Origin: a bacterium
GTDB lineage: Bacteria > Electryoneota > JAOADG01
Reading direction: 5' to 3'
Assembly: GCA_963681965.1 (NCBI GenBank)
Contig: OY820579.1
Span: 3,424,001 to 3,488,000, forward strand
DNA: 64,000 nt
The notes below the pieces were generated by a model. That model saw only the letters and a list, made by a program, of their open reading frames with translations. It did not search any database and was not told the origin of the DNA. Shown here piece after piece: positions 37,101-45,967 of this stretch (the stretch's first letter is position 1; each line of letters begins with the position of its first letter). The position numbers were made by a program, and so were the translations under genes.

Positions 37101-40100
37101 CTACTGTTGCATGAAGTATAAATCCCGATGAGGTAAATAGTACCGCTACCAGTCGCTGAAGTTGCAGTCGTGCGCAGGTTCCAGAGCATATTGTTGTAGA
37201 TATTCGTTTGAGTAGTCTGGTAACGCGTTACATAAATTCCATAAGTGCTGTAGAATGTCGTTGTACCGGAGAGATTCACGATGTTCGAGATTCGGTTGTT
37301 ACTGATCCGAACCGTTCCGCCCGTGATTAACGTATCGTAGATACTAATACCATATGCATCACCCGCTTGTGCCGGGAGTTGGTAGATATTTTTAATATCG
37401 AGATCGTGAATCGACAGATCGGCTAAATGGTACGAGGAAATGCCCGTCGAAGTGATCGTATCAGTTGCCAAAGCACCGATCACCATACGATTGGTATCGG
37501 ACAAACTGGTCGAAGTACTGCCAATCTCCGTGCCGATATCGCAATAAGTACCGCTATTTGAGAACAGCAATAGTCCCTGATAGACCTTCGAAATTTTCAA
37601 ATTGAGATATTTGTTGTAACTATTCGTTCCGGACATTGCCGTGGGCACTGCCGACGCATTGTAATACTGCTGAATACCGCGCGAAATAAAATCTTTCCGC
37701 AACGTAATCGAGCAATTCTTGATCGTGTTGTTTTGCGCGCCTTGTGTGGAAGTCGCATTCGTCAAGTAGTAACCGCGCCGGATATAATTCGTTGCACTAC
37801 GACTGGAATCGAGCACATTGATACCGTCGAATGTCACGAAACTGGCACCATTCAGAACAATTGCACTCTGTGCCGCGCCACTCACCGGCGGCATCACCGT
37901 AACCGTTCCGCTCTGCTTCTGGAAAACAATCGGGTTGGTCGCGCTGGCACCGTAAATCGCATTCACCGAAATGAATTCGTTATAGGTTCCGGTACGGATA
38001 TTGAAGGTAACACCGCCGGAACCGACACCACGCGAACCTAACGCCGAAATCGCCGCTGCAAACGTTGCATAATCGGGACTACTACCACCAATTGTTTTTG
38101 TCCCAACCAGTGGATCGATGATCGTGAAATTCGCATTCGCTTCGTCATTTACAGACGGTGTCATAGACAATGATCGTACTCGAACCCGCGCGGATGCACT
38201 AGCTGGACTCGTCACCGTCCATGGTTCGGTACCGTCGTTGGCGGTATTCGCCGCAATCGTTTCCCAAGTACCGCTCGGATATGAACGATTAATTTCGATC
38301 GCGACATTCCCAGTGATCAATTGCGACGACCAGAGAATATTCAGCGAGTTCCCGACTACGTAGGTCTCACCGCCATTGGGTGAAAGCATCGTCAGGATTG
38401 GGGTCGATCCCGACACCGAAACTGAATCGAGATATAGATTGTCGCCGTAGGCATTGTACCCGACGAAAGCAAATTGCACATTGCTAGTCTGGTATGCGCT
38501 GGGAATCGAAATAGTGTTACGTCGCCAAGCGATCGGATCGCGACCGGTGCGATTCGACAATGGCGCTCCACCCTGTCGCCAGAGTGAATTCCAACTTCCA
38601 TTGGCATATCGACCGAGAACAATGAGCGAATCGTACGATGTACTGTATAAAGCATAACTGGTGCTAAAACCTAGACTGATTGCAGCTTGACCGGTCAAGT
38701 CCAGCATCGGAGTCAGCAGTGAATCGCGCGAACCCGGTGAATTTACCGAGTAATAATTCAACCGCAACGAGTTATTGCCATTGTAACTGTATTGTGCCCA
38801 AATTCCGGCATTCCGCCAGCCGAACGGAACGAAAGTGTCAAAATATTCCGCGATCGTGCTGCGCATCGAGACGATCGTAAAATTCGCTTCAGAAGTATCT
38901 CCTTGCGCTAGATTTGCAGCATTCAGTACCCTGATCCGTGCGGTAGAAGTTGCCGTTCCGGTAACGGTCCATGTTTCGGAATTATCGTTAGTAGTCGACG
39001 AGTAAAGCGTCTCCCATGTTCCCGAAGGATAGTTGCGATTGAGGTCGATCCGCACATTCGTCACGCCAGCCGGAGAAGACCACTGGAACAACATCGGATC
39101 GCCCGCATAGACCCGCTCACCACCATTCGGCGAGACTGCCCAGCCCGACATAATCTCGAGATTCGCTGTCATCGAGGTGCTGGAATTGCCGATATTCCAA
39201 ATGCTCACATTGGTTGCGGTCCCGGAATAGTTGGCACTGCCGGGAGTACTGGTGTTATTAAATGCGCGGTTGGATGTGCTACCGGGATAGGAATCGCCGG
39301 CGTCGCCACGTATTGTTGTACTCTCCAATCCGTATAATCCGTCAGCTTGTTCCAAAGCGACTTTGTAATGTCCACTAGTGGTATGACCCGGATACCACTC
39401 ACTCGCATTCGTCGATTGACTGTCGTCGACATGATAGATTAACAACCCGTTTCCCGGTAGCGCAGCATCGTAGCTGATCGCTTGCCGGTTTTCCACCAGA
39501 AAATATTCACTCCCGCTGGTACTGCCCGATGTCCACATGCGGTAAATGAATGGGGTTGTGGCAACTGCTGGAATCGATGCGGCGATCGTATTGGTCGTTA
39601 AATTCGTCGCCGTAGCAAATCCCATATGGATTCGCGACCATGCATCGGGTGCCGATGGTGAACTGCCCGTGGTGCCATTCCAACTACCTCCCGCCATCAG
39701 CGACCAGTTGCCCAATCCTTCCGATGAATTGTCGGTATCGTAGAGATCTGGTAAACCGAAAATCGCATGACCCATTTCGTGGCAGTAGACACCGCATGTC
39801 ATCGGCAATGTAGTCGACCAATATTCCGGTTCGACCGAATATCTACGGAGATATTTACCATCGAGGTAGGGAACGTTGTATGTCGACCATGCATGCGACC
39901 AAATCTGCGTTGTATCGCCACCGTATTCTGCCCCACCACCGGCATGAACCACCATCAATCCTTCGGCATACCCATCGTTGTTCCAATCGTACTGCGCGTA
40001 ATTCACCAAACTGTTCGCCGCATTTACCGCATCTTCCACCATTTTCTGTGAATTATTTGGATATGCACCTCGCCCTTGCTGACTACCACGGTAGTAAGCA

Positions 40101-40501
40101 TACGTCTGCGGCATTCGCAGCCAACCGATCGTCGTACAATAGTTGTATGTTGTGATGTGGTATTCGCCATAGGACATTGTGTTGTAATAATTGTTCACCG
40201 TCCCCATCGCCTGACCGTAGAGCAAAGAATCGTATGACGATGCTGCCGTAATCGCGGGTTGATCGGTAAAGTCGACCAGTAACACCAATATGTGATAATT
40301 CGTTTCGTCGGTTGATGATGTATTAATCGCCCGTTCGAATCCATTCGTTTCCAAATCGGTGGGGTGCGTCATCGGGTAGAGTGGCGCAATTTCACCGCGA
40401 TGAATCCGATCCAGTAAATACGGACTAGGTGGCATTGCGAAAATTGCTGAACAACAACCCAATAACAGTAACGACAGAATTGTGATTCGAAATTGGAACA
40501 T
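34166..40501 (-). CDS. Secreted M6-family (immune inhibitor A-like) metalloprotease with Ig-like modules, an adhesin-like domain, two tandem beta-helix domains and a C-terminal FN3-like domain
   Basis: Signal peptide; 'LLVDFTD', 'VHAG.G.E', 'IWSH', 'CHEMGHAIFGLPDLYD', 'W.LM.GSW', 'EYFLVENRQ...D..LPG.GLLIYHVD'; two copies of 'GTKTIGG..P.YATF..AI.AL...TDIDGE.R....P.IGADE'. Confidence 0.9.
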   Translation of the reverse strand: MFQFRITILSLLLLGCCSAIFAMPPSPYLLDRIHRGEIAPLYPMTHPTDLETNGFERAINTSSTDETNYHILVLLVDFTDQPAITAASSYDSLLYGQAMGTVNNYYNTMSYGEYHITTYNYCTTIGWLRMPQTYAYYRGSQQGRGAYPNNSQKMVEDAVNAANSLVNYAQYDWNNDGYAEGLMVVHAGGGAEYGGDTTQIWSHAWSTYNVPYLDGKYLRRYSVEPEYWSTTLPMTCGVYCHEMGHAIFGLPDLYDTDNSSEGLGNWSLMAGGSWNGTTGSSPSAPDAWSRIHMGFATATNLTTNTIAASIPAVATTPFIYRMWTSGSTSGSEYFLVENRQAISYDAALPGNGLLIYHVDDSQSTNASEWYPGHTTSGHYKVALEQADGLYGLESTTIRGDAGDSYPGSTSNRAFNNTSTPGSANYSGTATNVSIWNIGNSSTSMTANLEIMSGWAVSPNGGERVYAGDPMLFQWSSPAGVTNVRIDLNRNYPSGTWETLYSSTTNDNSETWTVTGTATSTARIRVLNAANLAQGDTSEANFTIVSMRSTIAEYFDTFVPFGWRNAGIWAQYSYNGNNSLRLNYYSVNSPGSRDSLLTPMLDLTGQAAISLGFSTSYALYSTSYDSLIVLGRYANGSWNSLWRQGGAPLSNRTGRDPIAWRRNTISIPSAYQTSNVQFAFVGYNAYGDNLYLDSVSVSGSTPILTMLSPNGGETYVVGNSLNILWSSQLITGNVAIEINRSYPSGTWETIAANTANDGTEPWTVTSPASASARVRVRSLSMTPSVNDEANANFTIIDPLVGTKTIGGSSPDYATFAAAISALGSRGVGSGGVTFNIRTGTYNEFISVNAIYGASATNPIVFQKQSGTVTVMPPVSGAAQSAIVLNGASFVTFDGINVLDSSRSATNYIRRGYYLTNATSTQGAQNNTIKNCSITLRKDFISRGIQQYYNASAVPTAMSGTNSYNKYLNLKISKVYQGLLLFSNSGTYCDIGTEIGSTSTSLSDTNRMVIGALATDTITSTGISSYHLADLSIHDLDIKNIYQLPAQAGDAYGISIYDTLITGGTVRISNNRISNIVNLSGTTTFYSTYGIYVTRYQTTQTNIYNNMLWNLRTTATSATGSGTIYLIGIYTSCNSSIVHNSISLDQGTDSGLLATSTCIQINSGADTLINNIMANYTANQTDSYHLSICDFGTTTLFSDNNCFYLPNITNGAVGYSNATSSLCTSITDWQSATGGDLSSVTGDPLFTSSISNLHIPSYANSPASNTGAPITAVATDIDGEARSATTPDIGADEFTYYPPLITMTRPNGYELLRVGVADSICWTYQNVTGTVNVQINTNYPSGTWTIITGSPVNLSANRLIWTPASGQQGSNIRIRLISVTLPTVGDTSNANFIIGGTPLTGTKTIGGTSPNYATFADAILALSASGVGTGGVTFNVRSGTYNEFIALNPIPGVSTTNQVIFQKQSGTVTLMPPVNGVGQSAISLTGSSFVTFDGINVVDTSSGASNYIRRGYYLTNYSSTQGAQYNTIKNCSITLRKDFVSRGIQQYFNANALPTSLAGTNSYNKFLNLKISKVYQGVLLFAYSGAFSDVGVEIGSTTTGVSNSNRFTIGALANDTITGTGIYAVNMTNLSIHDIDITNIKALPAFANNSLGIEIEDSTTTANTFRIYNNRIYNIENTIGNADFYYTTGMLFYSLNGSSLKCHNNMIWGLRSTATGVVASSNFYVRGISSFGGNCNFDNNTISIDQGTDYGLLATSTALFLYGGIDTLRNNILANMTADQSTGAYHYAIANFGTTSLYSDRNCFYVPFTGNGFVGEYYVSTASNYALLADWQMSPGYPDANSRSGDPSFINPASNLHIQPMLYAPVYQTGMPVSYVTTDIDGESRNSTLPEIGADEYTVNPVLTLLRPNGGEVLTPGIPDTIRWNQVGFSSLVVAVSRSGIDYENLEILFDNIPAAPGYVVWTPTGPGTTDARIFIVDYNGLLEDWSDNSFTIGQTPKAPRNLVGTQSGNNIVLTWSRVDSSTLNRPVTVTGYKIYAARSTAYPDTAWSLLATVIGATSTTYTAINALPSTNRYYRVQAYLNDASSSSSPVLDPIDVKATMARPVRGMRFLKK

Positions 40502-40910
40502 GAGAATCTCCGGGACAACGTTTCGGTAACAGACTTTGAAAATAAAAAAAGGTTAGTACATATTCGGACTGTTATAGCAGAGCGATCAGACACGATCATA
40601 GATGCAGGGATGCATTGTTCGCTCGTTCAGACGGGTACTGAATATATAATCTTAAAAATTTAGCGGTCGATCCCTCCAAATACAAGAATAATTCAGTAAT
40701 AATAAATATTTCCGAATGATTCCTTGTCGCAATTCGATTTCACAACAATTTTACAGCGATCGAATTTAATCATTTGTCACTTCAGTTGTTACAGTTCACA
40801 GCGAGAATAATTTGAAAATTGATGTGATACCGGTTGCATCCAAATGTTCTATAGCATTTGTCGGTTACTTCAAATCTCTATTCTAGTGAGGTTATTGCGC
40901 CACGATTGTG

Positions 40911-40947
40911 AAAAAAATGCTCGCCTCCACAATCGAAGGCGAGCATT
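40911..40947 (-). terminator. Intrinsic terminator downstream of the giant S8 gene
   Basis: A tract-atgctcgcct...aggcgagcatt, giving a T tract on the minus strand. Confidence 0.7.
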
Positions 40948-40976
40948 CACTGCTAGATAGATAGGTTGTAAATGGT

Positions 40977-43900
40977 TTACTTTTTGGATTCACTCTGTGG
41001 TTTGGTTCGACTGATGGCAGTTGATGAGATTGACACTGGTTGCACTGACGACGACGACGCGCTGCGATACGCCGTTACCCGGTAGTAATAGTGCCCGGTT
41101 ACATTATTGTCGATATAAGTATTCGTTCCTACTGGCACAGTTCCGATCAGTGAACCCACATCGGGTGGTGCGAAGTAACCGGTGCTGTTGCGCCAGATCC
41201 GGTACGTATCGAATGTGCCGGTTGCGGCGTCCCAACTTAGTGTTGCATTCGGAAGCGCAAATGAAATTGTCAAATTACCCGGTACCGTCGGTGGCACCGA
41301 CGACGCTTGAGTAACTGAGATGTCATCAATGAAAATTGCCGCACCATTCCGATTAATAGAAACGAATCCAATTCGACCACAATAATCGAGCAGCATTTGC
41401 GGGATCGAAATTACTGCCTCCCGCCAAGTGCCGGCTGCTGCCGGAACCATTGAACTGCCGCCGGATCCCGATGCCAGTGCCTCTTCCCCGGTTCCGGTTG
41501 CCCATTTCCGGAATAAGACGGTAGAGGTTCCGAATTGCGATTGATAAACTACTTCCACCGAGTCGTTGAACGATCCATAAGGTGAGTATGACCATTTAAA
41601 CCGAAGTTCGGCATTCATTCCTGCGGATAAATCGATGAATGGCGTCCAGAGTACATCGCGATCGTCGTATACCGAATTGTGATAACAATCCATCATCGCC
41701 ACACCGTCATTGGAATTAAATCCGGTGTACTGCGACCACATATAACCACCATCCGGATTCTCGTATTCCCACATCAACGGTGGAAAATACTCACTGCTGA
41801 ATCCAGTAGAGCAGGGTCGATCGACGAATTGCTTCGTAATCAAGTACAATCGATCCGATACGGTTGGAGTGATTTCGCCTGCACCGTTCCGAGCTACCGT
41901 TACAAATATATATTCGGTATTCGGATGCAAGCCAGTGACGTAATAGCGACCCCATTGAGCTAAATTCTTCCACTCGGGATTCTCGCCTAGGGTACAATTG
42001 TTCTGAAGGTATAAATTGTTGTTCTGTTCGAGAATGGCATACTGCGTCTCATCCGGATTGTAAGCAATACTGGAATTTTGCGGCGAGACAATTGCCGTCG
42101 AACAACTGACAAAGCTGTACGTAGGAGCATCGGGTAAAGCTGGATAAGTCCAGAATGAAATGAATTCACAGGTATCCGACGGCAGCGCATCGATCATCGC
42201 ATAAATCTTGAACCAATAATGCATATTTGGTGTAAGCCATTCTGCATTATAGATCGTATCGTTTGCCGGAAGGATTTGCAAAAAGTTCCAGTTGAGACTA
42301 TCGGTCGATTGGAAGACTCTGAACCCAGTCTCATTGTAAGCTTGATCGTGCCAGGCAATTTGCGCCGATTGATAATCGTGAGATACGACTTGTCCCATCA
42401 CTGGTGCGTTTGGACCGAATACCCGATTTACCGAAACCGGTGATATGTAAATATTCGATCCACCGAAACTCTGACCAATGAACCCGATGCGGACATCATT
42501 CCGCCCCATCATATAGGCTGGTAGATTTGCCATCACTTCCCGCCAAGTGGAGCGTGTCGCTGGCGCATCCGGTGCACCACCGGAACCAGCAACCAATGCC
42601 GCGCCACCGACTCCGGTCCCATATCCCTGCCACAACCATTCCAGCGTTGCCCCGTTGTCGATCGTTGCAAAAACATAGAGGATGTCGTCGTGATCGGCAT
42701 CGCGGAGCGCATACGACCATTGGAAATAAATATTTGCCAGCGCGACGTCGCGCAAATCTACGTATGGACCCAGCAACATTCCCATCTGATTGTTCGTTAT
42801 GGGGTTGTTTGCGGGGAAGCAAGCAGCGTGATAATTCTCGGTTTCACTTGCATAGGCTTCCCATAAAACCGTGTAACTAGTTGTCTGAGGTAATTCCCAA
42901 TCCAATGGTGGGAACACTTCCTGCTCAAAAGATTGATCGAATGGGATCGAGTAGCCGGGAACGGTCGAGCACTCAACAGTTGTCGAAAGATCGGTCTGGT
43001 TCCAAGCCGGACTGACTGCACGAACTCCGACACTATATGTTACTCCGGGCAATAGTCCAGATATCTTCAGATTTTCCAGCTCATGCATGGGTCGTTGCGA
43101 ATCTGCCAATCCCAGTGTGCCATTTAATTGAACTTGCAATGTCACGCCAGTAGATTGATTGGTGAAAAATATCCGAAACATAGTCTCCGGACCATTGATA
43201 TTGGAAAAATCATTGCGAACCGTGAGTTTACATTGATTCGTTCCAATCCAATCCACAACCGGTGCTTGCGGAACCATGCAATTTGGCGCGCCGAAGACAT
43301 CTGAAAATTCACTCGATGCCACCGGACCATTCATGGAATAGACGCGGTACGTATAGGAATAGCCCGGCATCGCGGTAAAATCGGTGTATTGGTGGATATT
43401 CGTGGCAGTCGTACCGATCTGCGTGAAGTTCGTACCATCGGTGGAACGCATAATTTTGAAACCGGTTTCGTTATTCGAGTTGTCACTCCAATTCAGTGCA
43501 ACGTAATTCGTTGCGAGACCGGTCACTTGAAGATTCGAAGGACCGTAAGGTGGTGCGTACGCAACCAATTCGAAATTGTCGACAAAGATAATACTTCGCG
43601 TCCTGGCGTAGTTTGTTCCGAAAAGCCCTACCCGTAACGAATTTTGATTGGCAGCATCCGCAGGAAGTGTGATTGTCCAGGTGCCCCACCCGGTCGAAGC
43701 GGGATTCATGGCATCGCCACCGGAACCAAACAAAAGTTGCTCATTGCCGACTCCGTTGACTCGCCTCATACCGACATAAGTTTCGGTATAAAGATTATTG
43801 GTCGAATACGCTACAAACAACGAATCTTCTTGATCCCCCAAATCTTCGTTAGACATGCAGAAATCAAACCTGACAGTGACGGTAGTGGCACCTAACGTGC

Positions 43901-45866
43901 TGACATTCGGCGACCATAGGAAATAACGATCGGGTCCCGCCATATTTGTGGGATATCCCACTACGCCATTGTTGGAATTTGGATTGTTGTAGAAGCTAAA
44001 CCAACAAAATCCACCCATATATGGCGAGGCTAGCCAGCTCGGCGGTAACTCACCTTGATTGGCAACAAATTCTTCACGGTACGGTAGTGCCCGTTGCGCT
44101 AGTATCTTCATATCGACCCGCATCGTATCGCCGATCGTGGTTGGATTATTTGAATCGAGAATTCTAATTCGGACGTGATCGCTCGATGGTCCGGTAACTA
44201 CCCACGAGCGAAAATTCATGTTGGCACCGTCTCCGGAAATCACTTCCCACGCACCCGTCGGGTAATTCCGATTCAATTCCACGCGTGCAGTCGAGACATT
44301 GATTGCAGAATTCCAATAAATTCCCAAATAATCGCCAATGGCTAAATTCATTGAAGTAAAATTGGGTGAGGTTAGCAGCATCGACCGCATGCCTGAAACC
44401 AATGCTTTGGCATCGACAATACGACCCATCCGTCCGACATAATTGGGATTCCAACCCGAAGGGTCTCGTGCCGTACTGATCATCATTGAAGCCAGATCGT
44501 CGTCGGTCATTTCCGGTGCTTTCGACAGCGCCAACGCTGCAACCGCCGCCGCGTTTGGACATGCCATCGAAGTACCAGATTTCAGACCATATCCGAGATT
44601 GGTTGCGGTATGGATTACTGTCGAAAGGATTTCGACACCCGGCGCACAAAGATCGACCGATTCGCGGAAGTTCGAAAAGTGTGCCAATTCATTGCCGCGA
44701 TCCAATGCCGCAACCGACATATAATAGGAATATTCGGAAGGATAATTCGCATCCGACGACGAATCGTTGCCCGCCGCGGCAAAGGGGAGACAATTGCACA
44801 TGCGAGCGTATTGTCCAGCCGACCGATAAACCAAATCGCTCCAAGTGCCACCCAAGCTTAAACTAACCACTCGTGCACCACGCGCAACCGCATATTGGAC
44901 ACCGGCAGAAACATCAACGCTATTAAAACTACCAGTCAATCCTCCATCATGATAGACTGCGAAACCCGCGCGTACCGCCAGTGTTTTTACATTGTACGAT
45001 GCCGAAGGTACACCGATTCCATTATTCGTACGACTCGCGATCGTTCCACAAACGTGGGTACCGTGACCTTCTACATCCATCGGTTTGCCATCGCGCGGTC
45101 CATAATCTTCACCGGGAACATTATGGTATCCAATCATCCAGTAGGTATCGTGGTTGACGGCATCCCAACCAACCACATCGTCGACATATCCATTGCCATC
45201 ATCGTCGATACCATTCATATCGCTGTCGTCGAAGCGACCATTGTGATTCAAATCTTCCGCTGCATTCACGAGGAAATTGTCGACTAAATCGGGATGGTAA
45301 ATGTCGACACCGGTATCGATCGTCACTGCCAGAATCTGTGAACCGGTTTGACCGCGGGCATACTCCCACGCTTCGCGGCAGTGCATCGAATCGAGTCCCC
45401 ACATTGGTCGAGTAAATAGAGACCAATCATTCGGAGTATGGGTGGTATACCCATATGCAGTGGGGTTCGCTTCTTCTACCACCCCGGAATATTTCACCAA
45501 GCGATCGCAAACATCCGTTACAAGCTCAGTACCGAATGGATACGGCTTTTCCAACCCGCCATACATTGTATAGATGCGATCCAAGCCGACTTCCCAGAAA
45601 GCATGATTATTCAGCGATGCAGGATCCCAAGTGAAGACCGGAACGAGTTTAGGAATATTGCATCGTTTCATCAATGTATCGAGCGTCGGATTTCCGGTTG
45701 GATACTGTACGGTACCGTCGTTCAATTTATGCAAAGTGCCATTGAATTTAGTCGTGAGCTTCAGATTCAGTTGGTTGATGGCGTAATCGACTCCCGGTTG
45801 CGGGGTTGCCCATGTGAACACCGGAATCAATAGGATCGCTAGTAAGGCTAGAATAACAAATCGCAT
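40977..45866 (-). CDS. Giant secreted S8 serine peptidase with Ig-like, MAM/cleaved-adhesin-like and FN3 domains
   Basis: Signal peptide; TIDTG / HGTHVCG / GTSMACP triad; 'NGIDDDGNGYVDDVVGWD' Ca-binding-type insert; 'W.DNSNNETGF.I.RS.DG' FN3; 'F....FPP..W...ID.I' adhesin-like repeats; GGAGA RBS. Confidence 0.92.
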   Translation of the reverse strand: MRFVILALLAILLIPVFTWATPQPGVDYAINQLNLKLTTKFNGTLHKLNDGTVQYPTGNPTLDTLMKRCNIPKLVPVFTWDPASLNNHAFWEVGLDRIYTMYGGLEKPYPFGTELVTDVCDRLVKYSGVVEEANPTAYGYTTHTPNDWSLFTRPMWGLDSMHCREAWEYARGQTGSQILAVTIDTGVDIYHPDLVDNFLVNAAEDLNHNGRFDDSDMNGIDDDGNGYVDDVVGWDAVNHDTYWMIGYHNVPGEDYGPRDGKPMDVEGHGTHVCGTIASRTNNGIGVPSASYNVKTLAVRAGFAVYHDGGLTGSFNSVDVSAGVQYAVARGARVVSLSLGGTWSDLVYRSAGQYARMCNCLPFAAAGNDSSSDANYPSEYSYYMSVAALDRGNELAHFSNFRESVDLCAPGVEILSTVIHTATNLGYGLKSGTSMACPNAAAVAALALSKAPEMTDDDLASMMISTARDPSGWNPNYVGRMGRIVDAKALVSGMRSMLLTSPNFTSMNLAIGDYLGIYWNSAINVSTARVELNRNYPTGAWEVISGDGANMNFRSWVVTGPSSDHVRIRILDSNNPTTIGDTMRVDMKILAQRALPYREEFVANQGELPPSWLASPYMGGFCWFSFYNNPNSNNGVVGYPTNMAGPDRYFLWSPNVSTLGATTVTVRFDFCMSNEDLGDQEDSLFVAYSTNNLYTETYVGMRRVNGVGNEQLLFGSGGDAMNPASTGWGTWTITLPADAANQNSLRVGLFGTNYARTRSIIFVDNFELVAYAPPYGPSNLQVTGLATNYVALNWSDNSNNETGFKIMRSTDGTNFTQIGTTATNIHQYTDFTAMPGYSYTYRVYSMNGPVASSEFSDVFGAPNCMVPQAPVVDWIGTNQCKLTVRNDFSNINGPETMFRIFFTNQSTGVTLQVQLNGTLGLADSQRPMHELENLKISGLLPGVTYSVGVRAVSPAWNQTDLSTTVECSTVPGYSIPFDQSFEQEVFPPLDWELPQTTSYTVLWEAYASETENYHAACFPANNPITNNQMGMLLGPYVDLRDVALANIYFQWSYALRDADHDDILYVFATIDNGATLEWLWQGYGTGVGGAALVAGSGGAPDAPATRSTWREVMANLPAYMMGRNDVRIGFIGQSFGGSNIYISPVSVNRVFGPNAPVMGQVVSHDYQSAQIAWHDQAYNETGFRVFQSTDSLNWNFLQILPANDTIYNAEWLTPNMHYWFKIYAMIDALPSDTCEFISFWTYPALPDAPTYSFVSCSTAIVSPQNSSIAYNPDETQYAILEQNNNLYLQNNCTLGENPEWKNLAQWGRYYVTGLHPNTEYIFVTVARNGAGEITPTVSDRLYLITKQFVDRPCSTGFSSEYFPPLMWEYENPDGGYMWSQYTGFNSNDGVAMMDCYHNSVYDDRDVLWTPFIDLSAGMNAELRFKWSYSPYGSFNDSVEVVYQSQFGTSTVLFRKWATGTGEEALASGSGGSSMVPAAAGTWREAVISIPQMLLDYCGRIGFVSINRNGAAIFIDDISVTQASSVPPTVPGNLTISFALPNATLSWDAATGTFDTYRIWRNSTGYFAPPDVGSLIGTVPVGTNTYIDNNVTGHYYYRVTAYRSASSSSVQPVSISSTAISRTKPQSESKK

Positions 45867-45913
45867 TTATTTCTCCGAGAAGTGAGGAAGGTTTTCGTCT
45901 GACCTATCATTTG

Positions 45914-45942
45914 AGAGGCGGGGACGAAGCTGCCCCGCCTCT
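45914..45942. terminator. Hairpin between the two distal giant genes (terminator or mRNA-stabilising element)
   Basis: agaggcgggg-acgaagctg-ccccgcctct; weak T tract. Confidence 0.55.
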
Positions 45943-45967
45943 AGTTATTAATACATACTATGAATTA

